A DNA stretch of 61,070 nucleotides, counting the filler, from an uncultured bacterium (GTDB lineage: Bacteria; CAZSTA01), in NCBI GenBank assembly GCA_964609495.1. It is 3 parts of 3 records of this genome, joined end to end, with 100 filler letters (N's around TTAATTAATTAA, not from the genome) between each part and the next. Parts side by side here need not be neighbours in the genome. Positions count along the whole stretch, not along the records: positions 41,090 to 61,070 come from CAZSTA010000049.1; 2 more parts are not named here. One strand, written 5' to 3'. This document shows positions 49,896 through 59,930 of this stretch, one piece after another. Below the pieces are notes generated by a model. That model was given only the letters and a program-made list of their open reading frames with translations, ran no database searches and was not told where the DNA came from. The position numbers and the translations under genes are program-made. Position 1 is the stretch's first letter. Each line of letters begins with the position of its first letter.

Positions 49896-51023
49896 CTACC
49901 GCTCTTTATCTTTGGCAAGCGCTTTCACTAGCTCCACCACCTTATCTACTGCAGAAGGATGGGCTAAGGCTTTGCTATTCTGGGACATCTCTTTTAACTT
50001 GACCTCATCTTCTAAGAGCTTCTTCAACCTCTGAGCCAAGATTCCTCCGGATAGATCTTTATCCGAAATGATAGTAGCGGCTCCCTTCTCCTCGAGAAGG
50101 CGAGCGTTATATTCTTGATGTCGAGCTGACGCATAAGGATAAGGGATTAGGATCGCGGGAAGCCCTCTCGCGGTTATTTCGGCTATCGTCATCGCCCCCG
50201 CCCGACATACGATCAGATCGGAAGCGGCATAAACCTCAGCTATGTTATGAATATAAGGTTTCACTTGGCAAGGTAGCTTCTTCCTCTCGATCTCCCTCTG
50301 GAAATAGGCGAAATCATCCTCTCCTGTATGGTGAAGAAACCGAATCTTATCCAAAAAATCGCCTTGCTCGGCAAGAAGAGAGATCGCCTCTAAGGTTGCT
50401 ATGTTGATAGTATGCGCTCCGCGACTTCCGCCAGTGATAAATACAAATTTCTCATCGGGGCTTATCTTCAAGTGTTTTCGGGAACTCTCTCTATCTGCCC
50501 TCAAGATCTCCGGTCTCAATGGATTTCCCGTAAGGACTATCTCTCCTTTTACCTGAGAGAGATAGGAACTAGATTCCTCATAAGCGACAGCAATTTTATC
50601 CGCCCTTTTAGCCAGGAGGCGTATAGTTAAACCAGGGATAACGTTCTGCTCCATAATGAGAGTCGGAAGATGGAACAAGGAGGCTAAATATACTATTGGT
50701 CCTGCCGCGAATCCACCAGTTCCTACAACTACCTCAGGCTTGAATCTCCTCAAGATGAAGAGGGATTGAATCGTCCCTATAAACAGCTTAGCCAAAGAGG
50801 ATATAGTTTCCCAGATAGATGCCCCTCGCAGAAAGCCTTCGATTGTAATAGGTTGAAAGGCAAAACCTTCTCGCGGAACAACCTCAGCCTCTAATCTTCT
50901 CCCTGATCCGACGAATAGAAGCTCTACTTCAGGATATAGCTCCTTCAAGCGTTTGGCTAAAGCTAGACCAGGGTAAAGGTGTCCTCCAGTCCCTCCCCCA
51001 GCTATCAAGACCCTTCTCTTCAC
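49896..51023 (-). CDS. murG: Lipid II GlcNAc transferase MurG
   Basis: GGGTGGHLYPG, EQN, GGSRGA, RAGA, HQEYNA. Confidence 0.97.
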   Translation of the reverse strand: MKRRVLIAGGGTGGHLYPGLALAKRLKELYPEVELLFVGSGRRLEAEVVPREGFAFQPITIEGFLRGASIWETISSLAKLFIGTIQSLFILRRFKPEVVVGTGGFAAGPIVYLASLFHLPTLIMEQNVIPGLTIRLLAKRADKIAVAYEESSSYLSQVKGEIVLTGNPLRPEILRADRESSRKHLKISPDEKFVFITGGSRGAHTINIATLEAISLLAEQGDFLDKIRFLHHTGEDDFAYFQREIERKKLPCQVKPYIHNIAEVYAASDLIVCRAGAMTIAEITARGLPAILIPYPYASARHQEYNARLLEEKGAATIISDKDLSGGILAQRLKKLLEDEVKLKEMSQNSKALAHPSAVDKVVELVKALAKDKER

Positions 51024-52211
51024 TTATCTCTCCATATTCCTCATCTCTATCCTCTCGTTGGTATGACGAGAGATATTTATCAGTAAACCCAATCCAAGCA
51101 GAGTAGTTATCATAGAAGAGCGACCATAGCTTATCAATGGTAAGGGGATCCCTGTTACTGGTAATATTCGAATCGTGGTCCCGATATTTATCAAAGCTTG
51201 GATTACTAACATCGAGGTTATCCCTAGGGCTAGCATGCTTTCAAAAGGATCGGGATTACGTAAAACGATCCTGAACCCTCTCAGGGTAATACCAAAAAAT
51301 AGAGAAATGACGGTAGCACTTCCTATAAATCCCAATTCCTCCCCGATTATGGAGAAGACAAAATCGGTGTGTTGCCCAGGCAGATAGAAGAACTTCTGCC
51401 TACTAACTCCTAAACCTAATCCCCAGAAACCTCCGTCGCCCATAGCAAGTAAGGATTGCTCGCTTTGAAAATCTCTTTTAGCCCCTAAGAGCGAGATTAT
51501 TCGTTCGATGGGATAGCCCTTTAGATTCATAAATAGCCATATAAAGGATGCAGATATTAAAAGTGCTATCAATAGATGAAGGGTATTTGCCCCAAAAATG
51601 AAGAGCATCCAGAACCCTACTGTAATTATCAATATAGCAGTGCTGAAATCGGGCTGTAAGATTATCAAGATGGCAATAGTGCCCATCGTAATTAGATTGG
51701 GAAGAAGTCCTGTTTCGAAATCTCGGATAACCTTTTCTCTTCTAGCCAGGGAATCGGCTAAATAGAGGATTAATATCACTTTAACTAGCTCTGAAGGTTG
51801 AAAATGAAAGGAGGAAAACCAGATCCACCTTCGAGCGTTCCCTCTCCCGATCCCAGGGATAAATACTAGAAAAAGAATTAGAACCCCGAAAAGGAGGAAA
51901 ATTTTCGAGAATTGTCTTAAAAACTGGAGATTAACGAGGGAGGCCCCTATCATAATTAACATCCCTAGAGCCATCGCTACCAACTGCTTAACTAGATAGG
52001 AGGAGCCATTTCCCTCCCCGCTATATATATCTCTGACAAAGGTGGAGCTATATACCATCAGCACTCCAATAACAGCCAAAGCCAACATTATCAAAACGAG
52101 TATATAATCAGGTTGATGAGTCTGAGGTGGTAAATAATCTATATCTTCTCGAAGGCGATATATCCGTCCTCTAGGAGTAATCCTATTAGCTTCCAAAGTG
52201 CCCCTTGTCAT
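51024..52211 (-). CDS. ftsW: SEDS peptidoglycan polymerase FtsW
   Basis: ARRWI, QPSE, QPDF, HTDFVFSIIGEELG, LPLISYG; likely ATG at 52211 after GGAAGG. Confidence 0.93.
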   Translation of the reverse strand: MTRGTLEANRITPRGRIYRLREDIDYLPPQTHQPDYILVLIMLALAVIGVLMVYSSTFVRDIYSGEGNGSSYLVKQLVAMALGMLIMIGASLVNLQFLRQFSKIFLLFGVLILFLVFIPGIGRGNARRWIWFSSFHFQPSELVKVILILYLADSLARREKVIRDFETGLLPNLITMGTIAILIILQPDFSTAILIITVGFWMLFIFGANTLHLLIALLISASFIWLFMNLKGYPIERIISLLGAKRDFQSEQSLLAMGDGGFWGLGLGVSRQKFFYLPGQHTDFVFSIIGEELGFIGSATVISLFFGITLRGFRIVLRNPDPFESMLALGITSMLVIQALINIGTTIRILPVTGIPLPLISYGRSSMITTLLGLGLLINISRHTNERIEMRNMER

Positions 52212-52223
52212 TCTTGTCCTTCC

Positions 52224-52274
52224 AAAAGGAAACTTTTGAACCTTGAGTTTTGTTACCGGCAAAAGTTACCTTTT
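52224..52274. repeat. ~51-bp palindromic element, copy 2
   Basis: aaaaggaaacttttg / caaaagttacctttt arms (14/15); interior similar to the copy at 1-52. Confidence 0.75.
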
Positions 52275-52275
52275 C

Positions 52276-53667
52276 TTATGATATATCGATTTTCTTAATC
52301 TCCTCCGCTATCTCTTCCATCCTCACCCCTCTTGAGCCTTTGACCAAGATCGTATCTCCAGCTTTTAGGGAAGAAGGTAACACTCTTAAGACCTCATCAT
52401 TGGTCGAACATATATAAACCCTTTCCGAGGGAAATCCCTTATTTATCGCCCCGCTTACGAAGAGGGAGGCCATTTCACCACTAGTAATCAGGAGATCTAA
52501 GGGGAGTCCTCCCATGAACTCGCCCATCGAACGATGAACATCCTCGCTATATCTCCCAAGTTCTAACATATCTCCTAGAATAGCTACTCTGCGCCCTTTC
52601 GTATCCATCTCACATAAAATCGCCAGAGCAGCCCTCAATGAAGTTGGATTAGAGTTATAAGTATCATCGATCAACTTAAACTTCGGCAGAGAATAGATAT
52701 TGACTCGTCCCTTTAAAGGAGAGAAATCAGCAAGACCTTTCTTCATCTGATCCATATCTAAATCGATCGCATAAGCCACGGAAGCCGCAGCTAAAGCATT
52801 ATAGATATTATGCCTCCCTGGAATTGGTAATTTTATCCTTCTTCTCTTTTTATCTATATCGAGGGTGAACTGTATGCTTTCTCCCTTAGAAACCTCTATC
52901 TCAGAGGCTTGGACTTCTGCTTCGTTTGAAACACCAAAAGTGATAACTCTCCCTCTACTCAGCCTTTTTAACTTCTCGCTCCACTCGTTATCAGCATTGA
53001 GTATGACTATCCCCTCATCACCTAAAGCCTCTATCAACTCCCCTTTAGCTTTAGCTACTCCTTCAAGAGAACCGACTCCCTCTAAATGAACCTCCTCCAC
53101 ATTAGTTATAACTCCAATCGATGGCTTTATGATATCAGCTAGATGAGCTATCTCTCCCGGATGATTCATCCCCACCTCTAATATTGCTACTTGATGAGAT
53201 GATGAGAGGCGAAGAAGAGTGAGAGGAACTCCCACCTCGTTGTTATAGCTACTCTCGTTCTTTAAAACCAACATTCGCTTGCTTAGAATCGAGGCCGTCA
53301 TCTCTTTAGTCGTAGTTTTTCCCACACTTCCCGTTATAGCTACGAAAATAGGTGAAAATTTACCTCGATAGTAACGAGCCAGCTCTTGAAGTCCAATAAG
53401 CGTATCAGGAACGAGAATTATGCTCGCCTTGGGATGAGAATTAACAAGCCGTCTTTGGGAGATGATAGTGGCACTCGCTCCCTTATCCAGAGCGGATTCT
53501 AGAAAATCATGTCCATCGAATATTTCCCCTTTCAGAGCTATGAAGAGGTCGCCTGAAGATATAACCCGACTATCAGTGGAGATATTGGAAATTAGCTCAT
53601 CCTCATCTCCCTTCAGCAGAGTTCCATTTATCGCTTTTGTTATCTCCCCTACGGTTAGTGCTTCCAC
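52276..53667 (-). CDS. murF: UDP-MurNAc-tripeptide--D-Ala-D-Ala ligase
   Basis: ITGSVGKTTTK, DTYNSNP, GDMLELG, KGSRG. Confidence 0.96.
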   Translation of the reverse strand: MEALTVGEITKAINGTLLKGDEDELISNISTDSRVISSGDLFIALKGEIFDGHDFLESALDKGASATIISQRRLVNSHPKASIILVPDTLIGLQELARYYRGKFSPIFVAITGSVGKTTTKEMTASILSKRMLVLKNESSYNNEVGVPLTLLRLSSSHQVAILEVGMNHPGEIAHLADIIKPSIGVITNVEEVHLEGVGSLEGVAKAKGELIEALGDEGIVILNADNEWSEKLKRLSRGRVITFGVSNEAEVQASEIEVSKGESIQFTLDIDKKRRRIKLPIPGRHNIYNALAAASVAYAIDLDMDQMKKGLADFSPLKGRVNIYSLPKFKLIDDTYNSNPTSLRAALAILCEMDTKGRRVAILGDMLELGRYSEDVHRSMGEFMGGLPLDLLITSGEMASLFVSGAINKGFPSERVYICSTNDEVLRVLPSSLKAGDTILVKGSRGVRMEEIAEEIKKIDIS

Positions 53668-53713
53668 TCTTAATAACTACGGTAAATTATATCATATTTT
53701 CGATAATTCTACC

Positions 53714-53875
53714 AAGCATGTAAAGTTTGTGCTAACAGATTTTTAAGGATTATCAATAATCATCCACGAATACACTCAAGGAGATAATTTGCTCTTCATA
53801 GATCATCAGAGTAAAAATCATTTATACTACCCTATCATATATTGATCTTACTCCCAGCACAGACTTTACATGCTT
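53714..53875. mobile_element. Complete 162-bp MITE between murE and murF
   Basis: 20-bp terminal inverted repeats aagcatgtaaagtttgtgct / agcacagactttacatgctt (19/20); same end family at 35355 and 45959-46030. Confidence 0.7.
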
Positions 53876-53951
53876 CCTCGCGCACTCCCGCTTCTCCCTT
53901 GAGGAGAGAGGAAGGTGTCGATTGAGAGAAGATCGCGCGATTTTGTCTTAG

Positions 53952-53980
53952 AATATATCATAAAAGGTTTGATTTGTCAA
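53952..53980 (-). promoter_or_regulatory. Internal promoter upstream of murF
   Basis: TTGACA-N17-TATATT with TG extension. Confidence 0.55.
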
Positions 53981-53981
53981 C

Positions 53982-54021
53982 GTAAACTACCTTTGCCTGC
54001 CATCAGGCAAGGGTAGTTCAC
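53982..54021. repeat. 40-bp palindrome directly after the murE stop
   Basis: gtaaactacctttgcctg-ccat-caggcaagggtagttcac (16/18 arms). Confidence 0.7.
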
Positions 54022-55500
54022 TTAAGTTCTCGAGAGAAATTTGCGGACTACTTCTCCATCATTAAAAGGAATGTATCCATCTTCACATACTTGGACTCTC
54101 TCATGTCCCTTACCGGCTATAAGAACTACATCTCCTTGTCGGGCGGAGGATAAAGCTCTTTCGATAGCCTCGCGCCTATCCAAAACTATCTTAGCTCTAT
54201 CTTTATCGCTCTTAAATCCTACTAAGGCATCCTCTGCTGTCTGAAGAGGGTCCTCTCCTCGAGGATTATCAGTGGTAATAAAGGAAAGATCGCTGTAACG
54301 AGCAACGATCTCCCCCATAACTGGTCGTTTGGAGCGATCTCTTTCCCCCGCGCAACCAAAGACGGTGATTATTCGTCTAGGGGCGAAGCGAGAGATCAAA
54401 CTCAGCACTTTCTCCAATCCATCCGGATTGTGGGCATAATCCACGATGACGTCGAAATCCTGTCCATAATCGATAAATTCAAATCGCCCCGGGACTGAAG
54501 AGAAGTTGTTGATCCCTTCTTTAATAGTATCCAAATCTATATTTTGGGATAAAGCCACTCCTATTGCCGCTAAACAATTATAGACGTTGAAGTCATCTGG
54601 CATACCGAGTTTTAACTCTATATCTCCATAAGGAGTATCAACCTTAAACGCTGTTCCTCTCAACTCTCTTCTGATTATCTCTCCTTTGATATCCACTTGT
54701 TTCTCCAAGCCATAAGTGATAATTGGGACTCGGGTTTGAGAGAGCAAATAATTGCTGTGAGGATCGTCCGAGTTTATCACCGCTCTTTTAGAGGATTTAT
54801 CCCTGCTTCCTTGTCCCAATTGGCGAAAGAGCGTAGCTTTAGCCTCTAAATAGCGCTCCATAGTCCCATGAAGCTCCAGATGTTCCAAAGTTAGATTGGT
54901 GAACACCGCGGTCTCGAATTCACATCCTACCACTCGTTTTAATTCGAGTGAATGAGAAGATACCTCCACAACAAAATAATCACAGCCCCCCTCAACCGCT
55001 TTTCGCATCATCCCTTGAAGCTCAAGGGATTCGGGGGTGGTTAGATAAGCCTCTCTATGTTCATCTCCCACATAATAACCTATAGTTCCGGTGAGAGCTG
55101 TTTTAAATCCAGCTTGTTCGAGAATAGCTCTGGTTATATAAGTAGTGGTAGTTTTCCCATTAGTTCCTGTGACTCCGATCAACTTTAGCTCCTCGGAGGG
55201 ATGATCGTAGAACTCATTCGACAAAAGGGCTAAGGCTCGACGAGAATCTTCAACTCGAACTTTAGTTATATCTTCCGAGTCCAGCTCTATCTCCTCCTCT
55301 CCCACGATCGCCTTAGCTCCTCTCTCCAGAGCTTGCTGAATGTAGCGATGACCATTAGTTTTGAAACCCTTGATGCAGACGAAGATAAAGCCTGGTTCAA
55401 CGAGGCGAGAATCAGAGGTAAGACCAGCGATATCAAAATCTAAATCTCCCTCTATCTTAAAGACTTTTAGGGGAGATAAAAGCTTCCGTAAATTTCTCAT
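54022..55500 (-). CDS. murE: UDP-MurNAc-dipeptide--meso-DAP ligase
   Basis: GTNGKTT, EVSSH, DYAH, DNPR (DAP-type motif), AGKGHE. Confidence 0.96.
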   Translation of the reverse strand: MRNLRKLLSPLKVFKIEGDLDFDIAGLTSDSRLVEPGFIFVCIKGFKTNGHRYIQQALERGAKAIVGEEEIELDSEDITKVRVEDSRRALALLSNEFYDHPSEELKLIGVTGTNGKTTTTYITRAILEQAGFKTALTGTIGYYVGDEHREAYLTTPESLELQGMMRKAVEGGCDYFVVEVSSHSLELKRVVGCEFETAVFTNLTLEHLELHGTMERYLEAKATLFRQLGQGSRDKSSKRAVINSDDPHSNYLLSQTRVPIITYGLEKQVDIKGEIIRRELRGTAFKVDTPYGDIELKLGMPDDFNVYNCLAAIGVALSQNIDLDTIKEGINNFSSVPGRFEFIDYGQDFDVIVDYAHNPDGLEKVLSLISRFAPRRIITVFGCAGERDRSKRPVMGEIVARYSDLSFITTDNPRGEDPLQTAEDALVGFKSDKDRAKIVLDRREAIERALSSARQGDVVLIAGKGHERVQVCEDGYIPFNDGEVVRKFLSRT

Positions 55501-55519
55501 ATCAATTCGATGCTCGCTT

Positions 55520-57220
55520 CTAATGGAGCGGTCCGTTAATATATCTTAGGACATTTTGAGCGATCCTTGAAAATACGGGAGCAGCTATATGCGCTCCATA
55601 ATAATCGTCCTTGGGTTCATCTATCAGCACCAGTATAGCTAGTTGAGGTTCATCTACAGGAACAAAGCCGATCATTATAGCGGTGAAGTGCTCGAAGCTA
55701 TAATCCCCTTTTTCGGGATCGAGCTTCTGCGCGGTTCCTGTTTTCCCTGCGACCTGGTAACCAGGGACAGCCGCTAATTTGCCAGTTCCTTCCGCGACAG
55801 CAATCCTTAACATCTCTTTCAATTGGCGAGCTGTTTTCCGCGATACAACTCGAGATATGATCTCTGGTTTATGTTCCTCCTTAATATTGCCCTCAGCATC
55901 GGTTATGGCTTTAACGATCATCGGTTCCATCAAAAGACCATTGTTGGCAATAGCTGATAAAGCAGTAATCAACTGAAGGGGAGTAACCGATATCCCTTGT
56001 CCTATAGGAATATTCCCTACTTTAACTCCATACCACTTCTCGGGAGGCTCGACCAAGCCGACGGATTCCCCAGGTAACCCTACTTTAGTGCTTCTCCCGA
56101 AACCAAACTCCCTTATATAGCTATATAAATCTTCCTTTCCCAGCCTGGAACCGACCACTATAATTCCCACATTGCAGGAGTTTTTGATCACATCGGTGAA
56201 GGTCTCAGCACCGTGGGGCTTTACACAATGGATATAGCGTCCGGCGACCTCTATCCTCCCTTCGCAGAGAAACCTATCATCTGGAGTTACTACTCCCTCC
56301 TCCAGCGCCCCGGCTGCGGTCACAAATTTAAAACTGGAACCGGGCTCGAAGACATCGGTAACTGCTCTATTTCGGAGAACTGTAGGATCATAATCGGAAT
56401 AATTATTGGGATCATAGGTGGGGATATCAGCCATCGCTAATATCTCTCCACTCCGAGGATCCATAACGATAGCGATCGCGCACTCGGCGTCGTGTTCCTC
56501 GTATGCTTTTTTTATCTCACTTTCGGTGTAATATTGAATAACTCTATCTATAGTTAAAATCAGGTTATCGCCATTATGAGGGGGGAAAAACTCTCTCTCG
56601 GCAAAGGGAATAGGTCTTCCTCGAATATCACCTTTGTAGATAATCCGTCCTGACATTTCAGCTAGACATTTATTATATTGAAATTCTAGCCCCTCTAGGC
56701 CTTTATCGTTTACATCAGTAAAACCTATAACATTGGAAGCTAACTCCCTATAGGGATATACCCTCCTACTCTCAGAGATGAGGGTAATACCCTCCATCTC
56801 CAGCGCTTCTATCCTATCCGCTAACTCCTTCTCTACACCGTTCTTTAGATAGAAGAGTTTAGATGAATAATTTCTATCCAGCTTCTCCCTCAATTCGGAG
56901 AAACTCATCTCTAGCAAGGGAGATAATTCTCTAGCCGCTACCTCGGCATCTTTTATCTTATCTGGTTGAACAGCTACTATGTACTTTTGGATACTGAAAG
57001 CTAAGGTATCTCCCTTGCGATCTAGGATCGAACCTCTCTTACCTCCTATTAGATAGTAATTGTTATGTAAATTATCGGCTTTACTCCCTAGTTCCTCACT
57101 CTTTAAGATCTGAATACGAAAGGTTTGTGCCAAGTATATAACGTGAACTAAAATCAAGATGAAGCACAATAAAGAAACCCTAATAGTAAAAGATCTTTTA
57201 AAAGTTATTCCTCGCTTCAT
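55520..57220 (-). CDS. ftsI: Class B penicillin-binding protein FtsI
   Basis: RGSILDR, EPGSSFK (SxxK), SCN, KTGTAQ. Confidence 0.93.
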   Translation of the reverse strand: MKRGITFKRSFTIRVSLLCFILILVHVIYLAQTFRIQILKSEELGSKADNLHNNYYLIGGKRGSILDRKGDTLAFSIQKYIVAVQPDKIKDAEVAARELSPLLEMSFSELREKLDRNYSSKLFYLKNGVEKELADRIEALEMEGITLISESRRVYPYRELASNVIGFTDVNDKGLEGLEFQYNKCLAEMSGRIIYKGDIRGRPIPFAEREFFPPHNGDNLILTIDRVIQYYTESEIKKAYEEHDAECAIAIVMDPRSGEILAMADIPTYDPNNYSDYDPTVLRNRAVTDVFEPGSSFKFVTAAGALEEGVVTPDDRFLCEGRIEVAGRYIHCVKPHGAETFTDVIKNSCNVGIIVVGSRLGKEDLYSYIREFGFGRSTKVGLPGESVGLVEPPEKWYGVKVGNIPIGQGISVTPLQLITALSAIANNGLLMEPMIVKAITDAEGNIKEEHKPEIISRVVSRKTARQLKEMLRIAVAEGTGKLAAVPGYQVAGKTGTAQKLDPEKGDYSFEHFTAIMIGFVPVDEPQLAILVLIDEPKDDYYGAHIAAPVFSRIAQNVLRYINGPLH

Positions 57221-57263
57221 AGTATAATTTGTTTTAATTCTAAAAAATTCAATTGATAAAAGG

Positions 57264-57743
57264 TCATTCTTTGACTTTCGATACTGAACTCCGCCCTAGG
57301 ATAGCAAATTCCTGAAAAAGCCGATCCCATTCTATAAGCCTCTTCCTCTCAGCTTGAATCGCCCTCTGGGTATTAGCAGGGGTAACCTCCATTACTACAA
57401 ATTCACCAGTTTGGGGGAAGATCATTCCCAGACGCCTTGAGGCCTCTTTAGCCAAGCGCCCTGGCGAGAGAAGTTCTGCTCTTTTACGACTGAGCCTCCC
57501 TTTTTCAGCGGATAAGCTGGATATTTGAGATTTTTGTTCCTCTATCTCTATACTCATTCTAACCATATCAGCTTTACACCAGATATTAGCTAATCCCAGA
57601 AGCGCTATAATTACAGCTATCGGTAGAGCTACGGAAAGAGGATTTTTTCTAGGTTGTCGGTGAAGTTTCCTTTTAGCCCCCAGTTCCTCTTCGCCAAGAA
57701 TATCCCTTATTTGATAATTAGGAACAGTTTGCAATAAGATCAC
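57264..57743 (-). CDS. ftsL: FtsL-like division protein
   Basis: TM plus coiled coil, LLSPGRL...RLGM; between rsmH and ftsI. Confidence 0.7.
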   Translation of the reverse strand: MILLQTVPNYQIRDILGEEELGAKRKLHRQPRKNPLSVALPIAVIIALLGLANIWCKADMVRMSIEIEEQKSQISSLSAEKGRLSRKRAELLSPGRLAKEASRRLGMIFPQTGEFVVMEVTPANTQRAIQAERKRLIEWDRLFQEFAILGRSSVSKVKE

Positions 57744-57816
57744 CCTCTCTTTTCTATTTTTGCCTTAATCTAGGTAGAAAGTTGGAGGTGGAATATTAGC
57801 CCTCGTCGCGCTCTCT

Positions 57817-58731
57817 TCAGATCCTTTCCGCGGCTCTTAGCTTAGCGCTTCGCGAACGGCGATTTCTTTCTATCTCCTCTGAGGAGGGAGTGGTCGGTTT
57901 CTTAGTAAGAATTTTAAGTTTAGGATTAAAACTTTCATTAAAGGAGGACCTTAAAGATGCTTCTCGAAATATCGTTTTTACTATTCTATCCTCCAGGGAA
58001 TGGTAAGATATTACACAAATCCTTCCTCCTCTTTTGAGGAGAGAGATACCTCCTTCAAGCCCTTTTTGTAGGGAATTAAGTTCCTCATTTACCGCTATTC
58101 GTAACGCTTGGAAGGTCCTAGTAGCAACGTGAATCTTCTTCGGTCTAGCCCCAAAAGGAACAGCTTTTTTTATCACCTCCACCAATTGAGATGTAGTTCT
58201 AATAGGACTACGAGCTCGCTCCTCAACTATGAATTTGGCTATCCTCTTAGCCCATCTCTCTTCTCCGTACTCGGATATTATACGCGATAACTCTCGGTGA
58301 GAAAGTTCGTTTACCAGATCCATCGCGGTGAGTTTTTTTCTCATATCCTGCCGCATATCCAAAGGTGATTCGAAGCGGAAACTGAAGCCTCGCTCCTCAT
58401 CATCTAACTGGAGGGAAGATAATCCCAGATCGAGGAGTATCCCATCTACCTCGGCGATCTTCAATTCTCCGAGGATATCAACTATATCTGCGAAGTTACC
58501 GCGGGCTAAAATTACCTGAGGGGCATACCTTGCGAGTCTCTCACGAGCAAGTTCCAAAGCCTTCTCATCCCAGTCGATCCCAATCAGCCTTCCCTCGGGT
58601 TGAATCAGATTTAATATCCTCTCGGAATGACCACCTCCTCCTAAAGTGCAGTCTGCATATATCCCCTTTGAATGAGGATTAAGATAATATATCGCCTCTT
58701 CTAGTAAAACAGGAATATGTTGAATATTCAC
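57817..58731 (-). CDS. rsmH: 16S rRNA m4C1402 methyltransferase
   Basis: HIPVLL, TLGGGGHS, PLDMR, HSLEDRIVK, RSAKLR. Confidence 0.97.
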   Translation of the reverse strand: MNIQHIPVLLEEAIYYLNPHSKGIYADCTLGGGGHSERILNLIQPEGRLIGIDWDEKALELARERLARYAPQVILARGNFADIVDILGELKIAEVDGILLDLGLSSLQLDDEERGFSFRFESPLDMRQDMRKKLTAMDLVNELSHRELSRIISEYGEERWAKRIAKFIVEERARSPIRTTSQLVEVIKKAVPFGARPKKIHVATRTFQALRIAVNEELNSLQKGLEGGISLLKRGGRICVISYHSLEDRIVKTIFREASLRSSFNESFNPKLKILTKKPTTPSSEEIERNRRSRSAKLRAAERI

Positions 58732-58757
58732 TGATCATCAACTGATAAGAAGGTATG

Positions 58758-59249
58758 CTACGAAACGGAAGTAAAGAAAGGATATTTGAGATCTTCAGCA
58801 TCACTCTGAAAAATATCTTCGGCGGCTTTTTCGAGAGAGGGCATAGTCTCCTCATTAAATCTATCCCAGATTTGAGGATTCCATAATTCTATCCTATCAT
58901 TAACTCCTACGAGTAATGCTTCTTCATTTAGTTGAACTCTTTCGCGAAGAAGGAAAGGAATTAAGATTCTACCCTGTCCATCCAATTGACGGAAGGTTGA
59001 GTAGGGGAAGATAGCCCTTTCGAAATCTCGCTTCTGCCTCTGGGTGAAATCTCTATTGCGGAGCTTATCCAGGAAGGAGATCCAATCTCTTAGGGAAAAG
59101 AGGAACAGACATCCCTCCATTCCCCGAGTCAGCACGCATCTTTCCCCCATCTTATTTCGAAACTCAGCGGGAATTATAACTCTTCCCTTCTCATCTAGGG
59201 AATGTCGATACATCCCCATAAAGCCAAGATCTAATTCTAACTCATCCAT
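58758..59249 (-). CDS. mraZ: Division/cell wall transcriptional repressor MraZ (start uncertain)
   Basis: LDEKGRVIIP and LDGQGRILIP repeats, RIELW. Confidence 0.95.
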   Translation of the reverse strand: MDELELDLGFMGMYRHSLDEKGRVIIPAEFRNKMGERCVLTRGMEGCLFLFSLRDWISFLDKLRNRDFTQRQKRDFERAIFPYSTFRQLDGQGRILIPFLLRERVQLNEEALLVGVNDRIELWNPQIWDRFNEETMPSLEKAAEDIFQSDAEDLKYPFFTSVS

Positions 59250-59323
59250 ATCGCTCCATAATCCCCCACTTCTCACCACTAATTCATCACTACTATTTTA
59301 CATTAGATCTTTGATTTTAGCAA
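59244..59323 (-). promoter_or_regulatory. dcw promoter with MraZ-binding repeats
   Basis: TTGCTA-N17-TAAAAT (59295-59323), then GTGGTG-N4-GTGGGG-N4-ATGGAG-N4-ATGGAT at 10-bp spacing. Confidence 0.75.
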
Positions 59324-59627
59324 GTGTTTTCTTTAAAAATTTGCGAATTTTTGGAGAAATATTTTTAATAGGAGTTAATTGAATAGTCATAATAAGAGCT
59401 ACGAGAATTATAGAGGTCGTTATTACTTTCTTAGACGAAATGTCGAGAGAAATCTTCATTTTATATGTGGCTTTAAAACTGGGTTTGCGAGATCGCTATA
59501 TTTAAGATTTTGCTAACAATTGTCCCACCCTAGGTGATAAAGTTAAGTAGCTTCAAAAAAGTTTCTAGCTGTTTGGAATCTACTAAAAATAATATATATG
59601 CTAAGTGCAATGAGCTTCAATAAAATT

Positions 59628-59661
59628 AAAAAATACCACCCACCTAATCAGTGGCTGGTTT
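59628..59661 (-). terminator. Intrinsic terminator of the orphan transcript
   Basis: accagccac-tgattag-gtgggtggt followed by atttttt. Confidence 0.6.
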
Positions 59662-59746
59662 CACTATTGGCTAACCTAAAGTCCAAGTGACCAGATAAAG
59701 GCTATAGGATTATCGCCTCCACCTAATCATATTTAGTTATCTATTT

Positions 59747-59898
59747 ATGATAGTCTTCCTCAATGATGTTGATATATAATATACTGACAGACCACACCTG
59801 GACTTGTTTGTTGCCGGCAAAAGTTCCCTTTTCAAAGGAGCTATTGACCGTTGTTGGAGCTTCCTGACATCATCAACACCAAGTATGAAGATCACCAT
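59747..59898 (-). ncRNA. Candidate rod-shaped structured RNA (6S-like architecture, family unassigned)
   Basis: atggtgatcttc/gaagactatcat and tggtgttgat/atcaacatca long-range stems, central bubble, apical hairpin; downstream of a consensus promoter. Confidence 0.5.
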
Positions 59899-59930
59899 TT
59901 ATATTATACAAATCATATTATGCTAACTAT

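Noticed and set aside
59700-59735. T-box antiterminator
   Set aside because: GGTGG is not followed by nACC, and no specifier stem is recognisable
59810-59850. c-di-GMP-I riboswitch near the GGDEF gene
   Set aside because: GGCAAA is present but there is no GAAA tetraloop stem or CGCAAA junction
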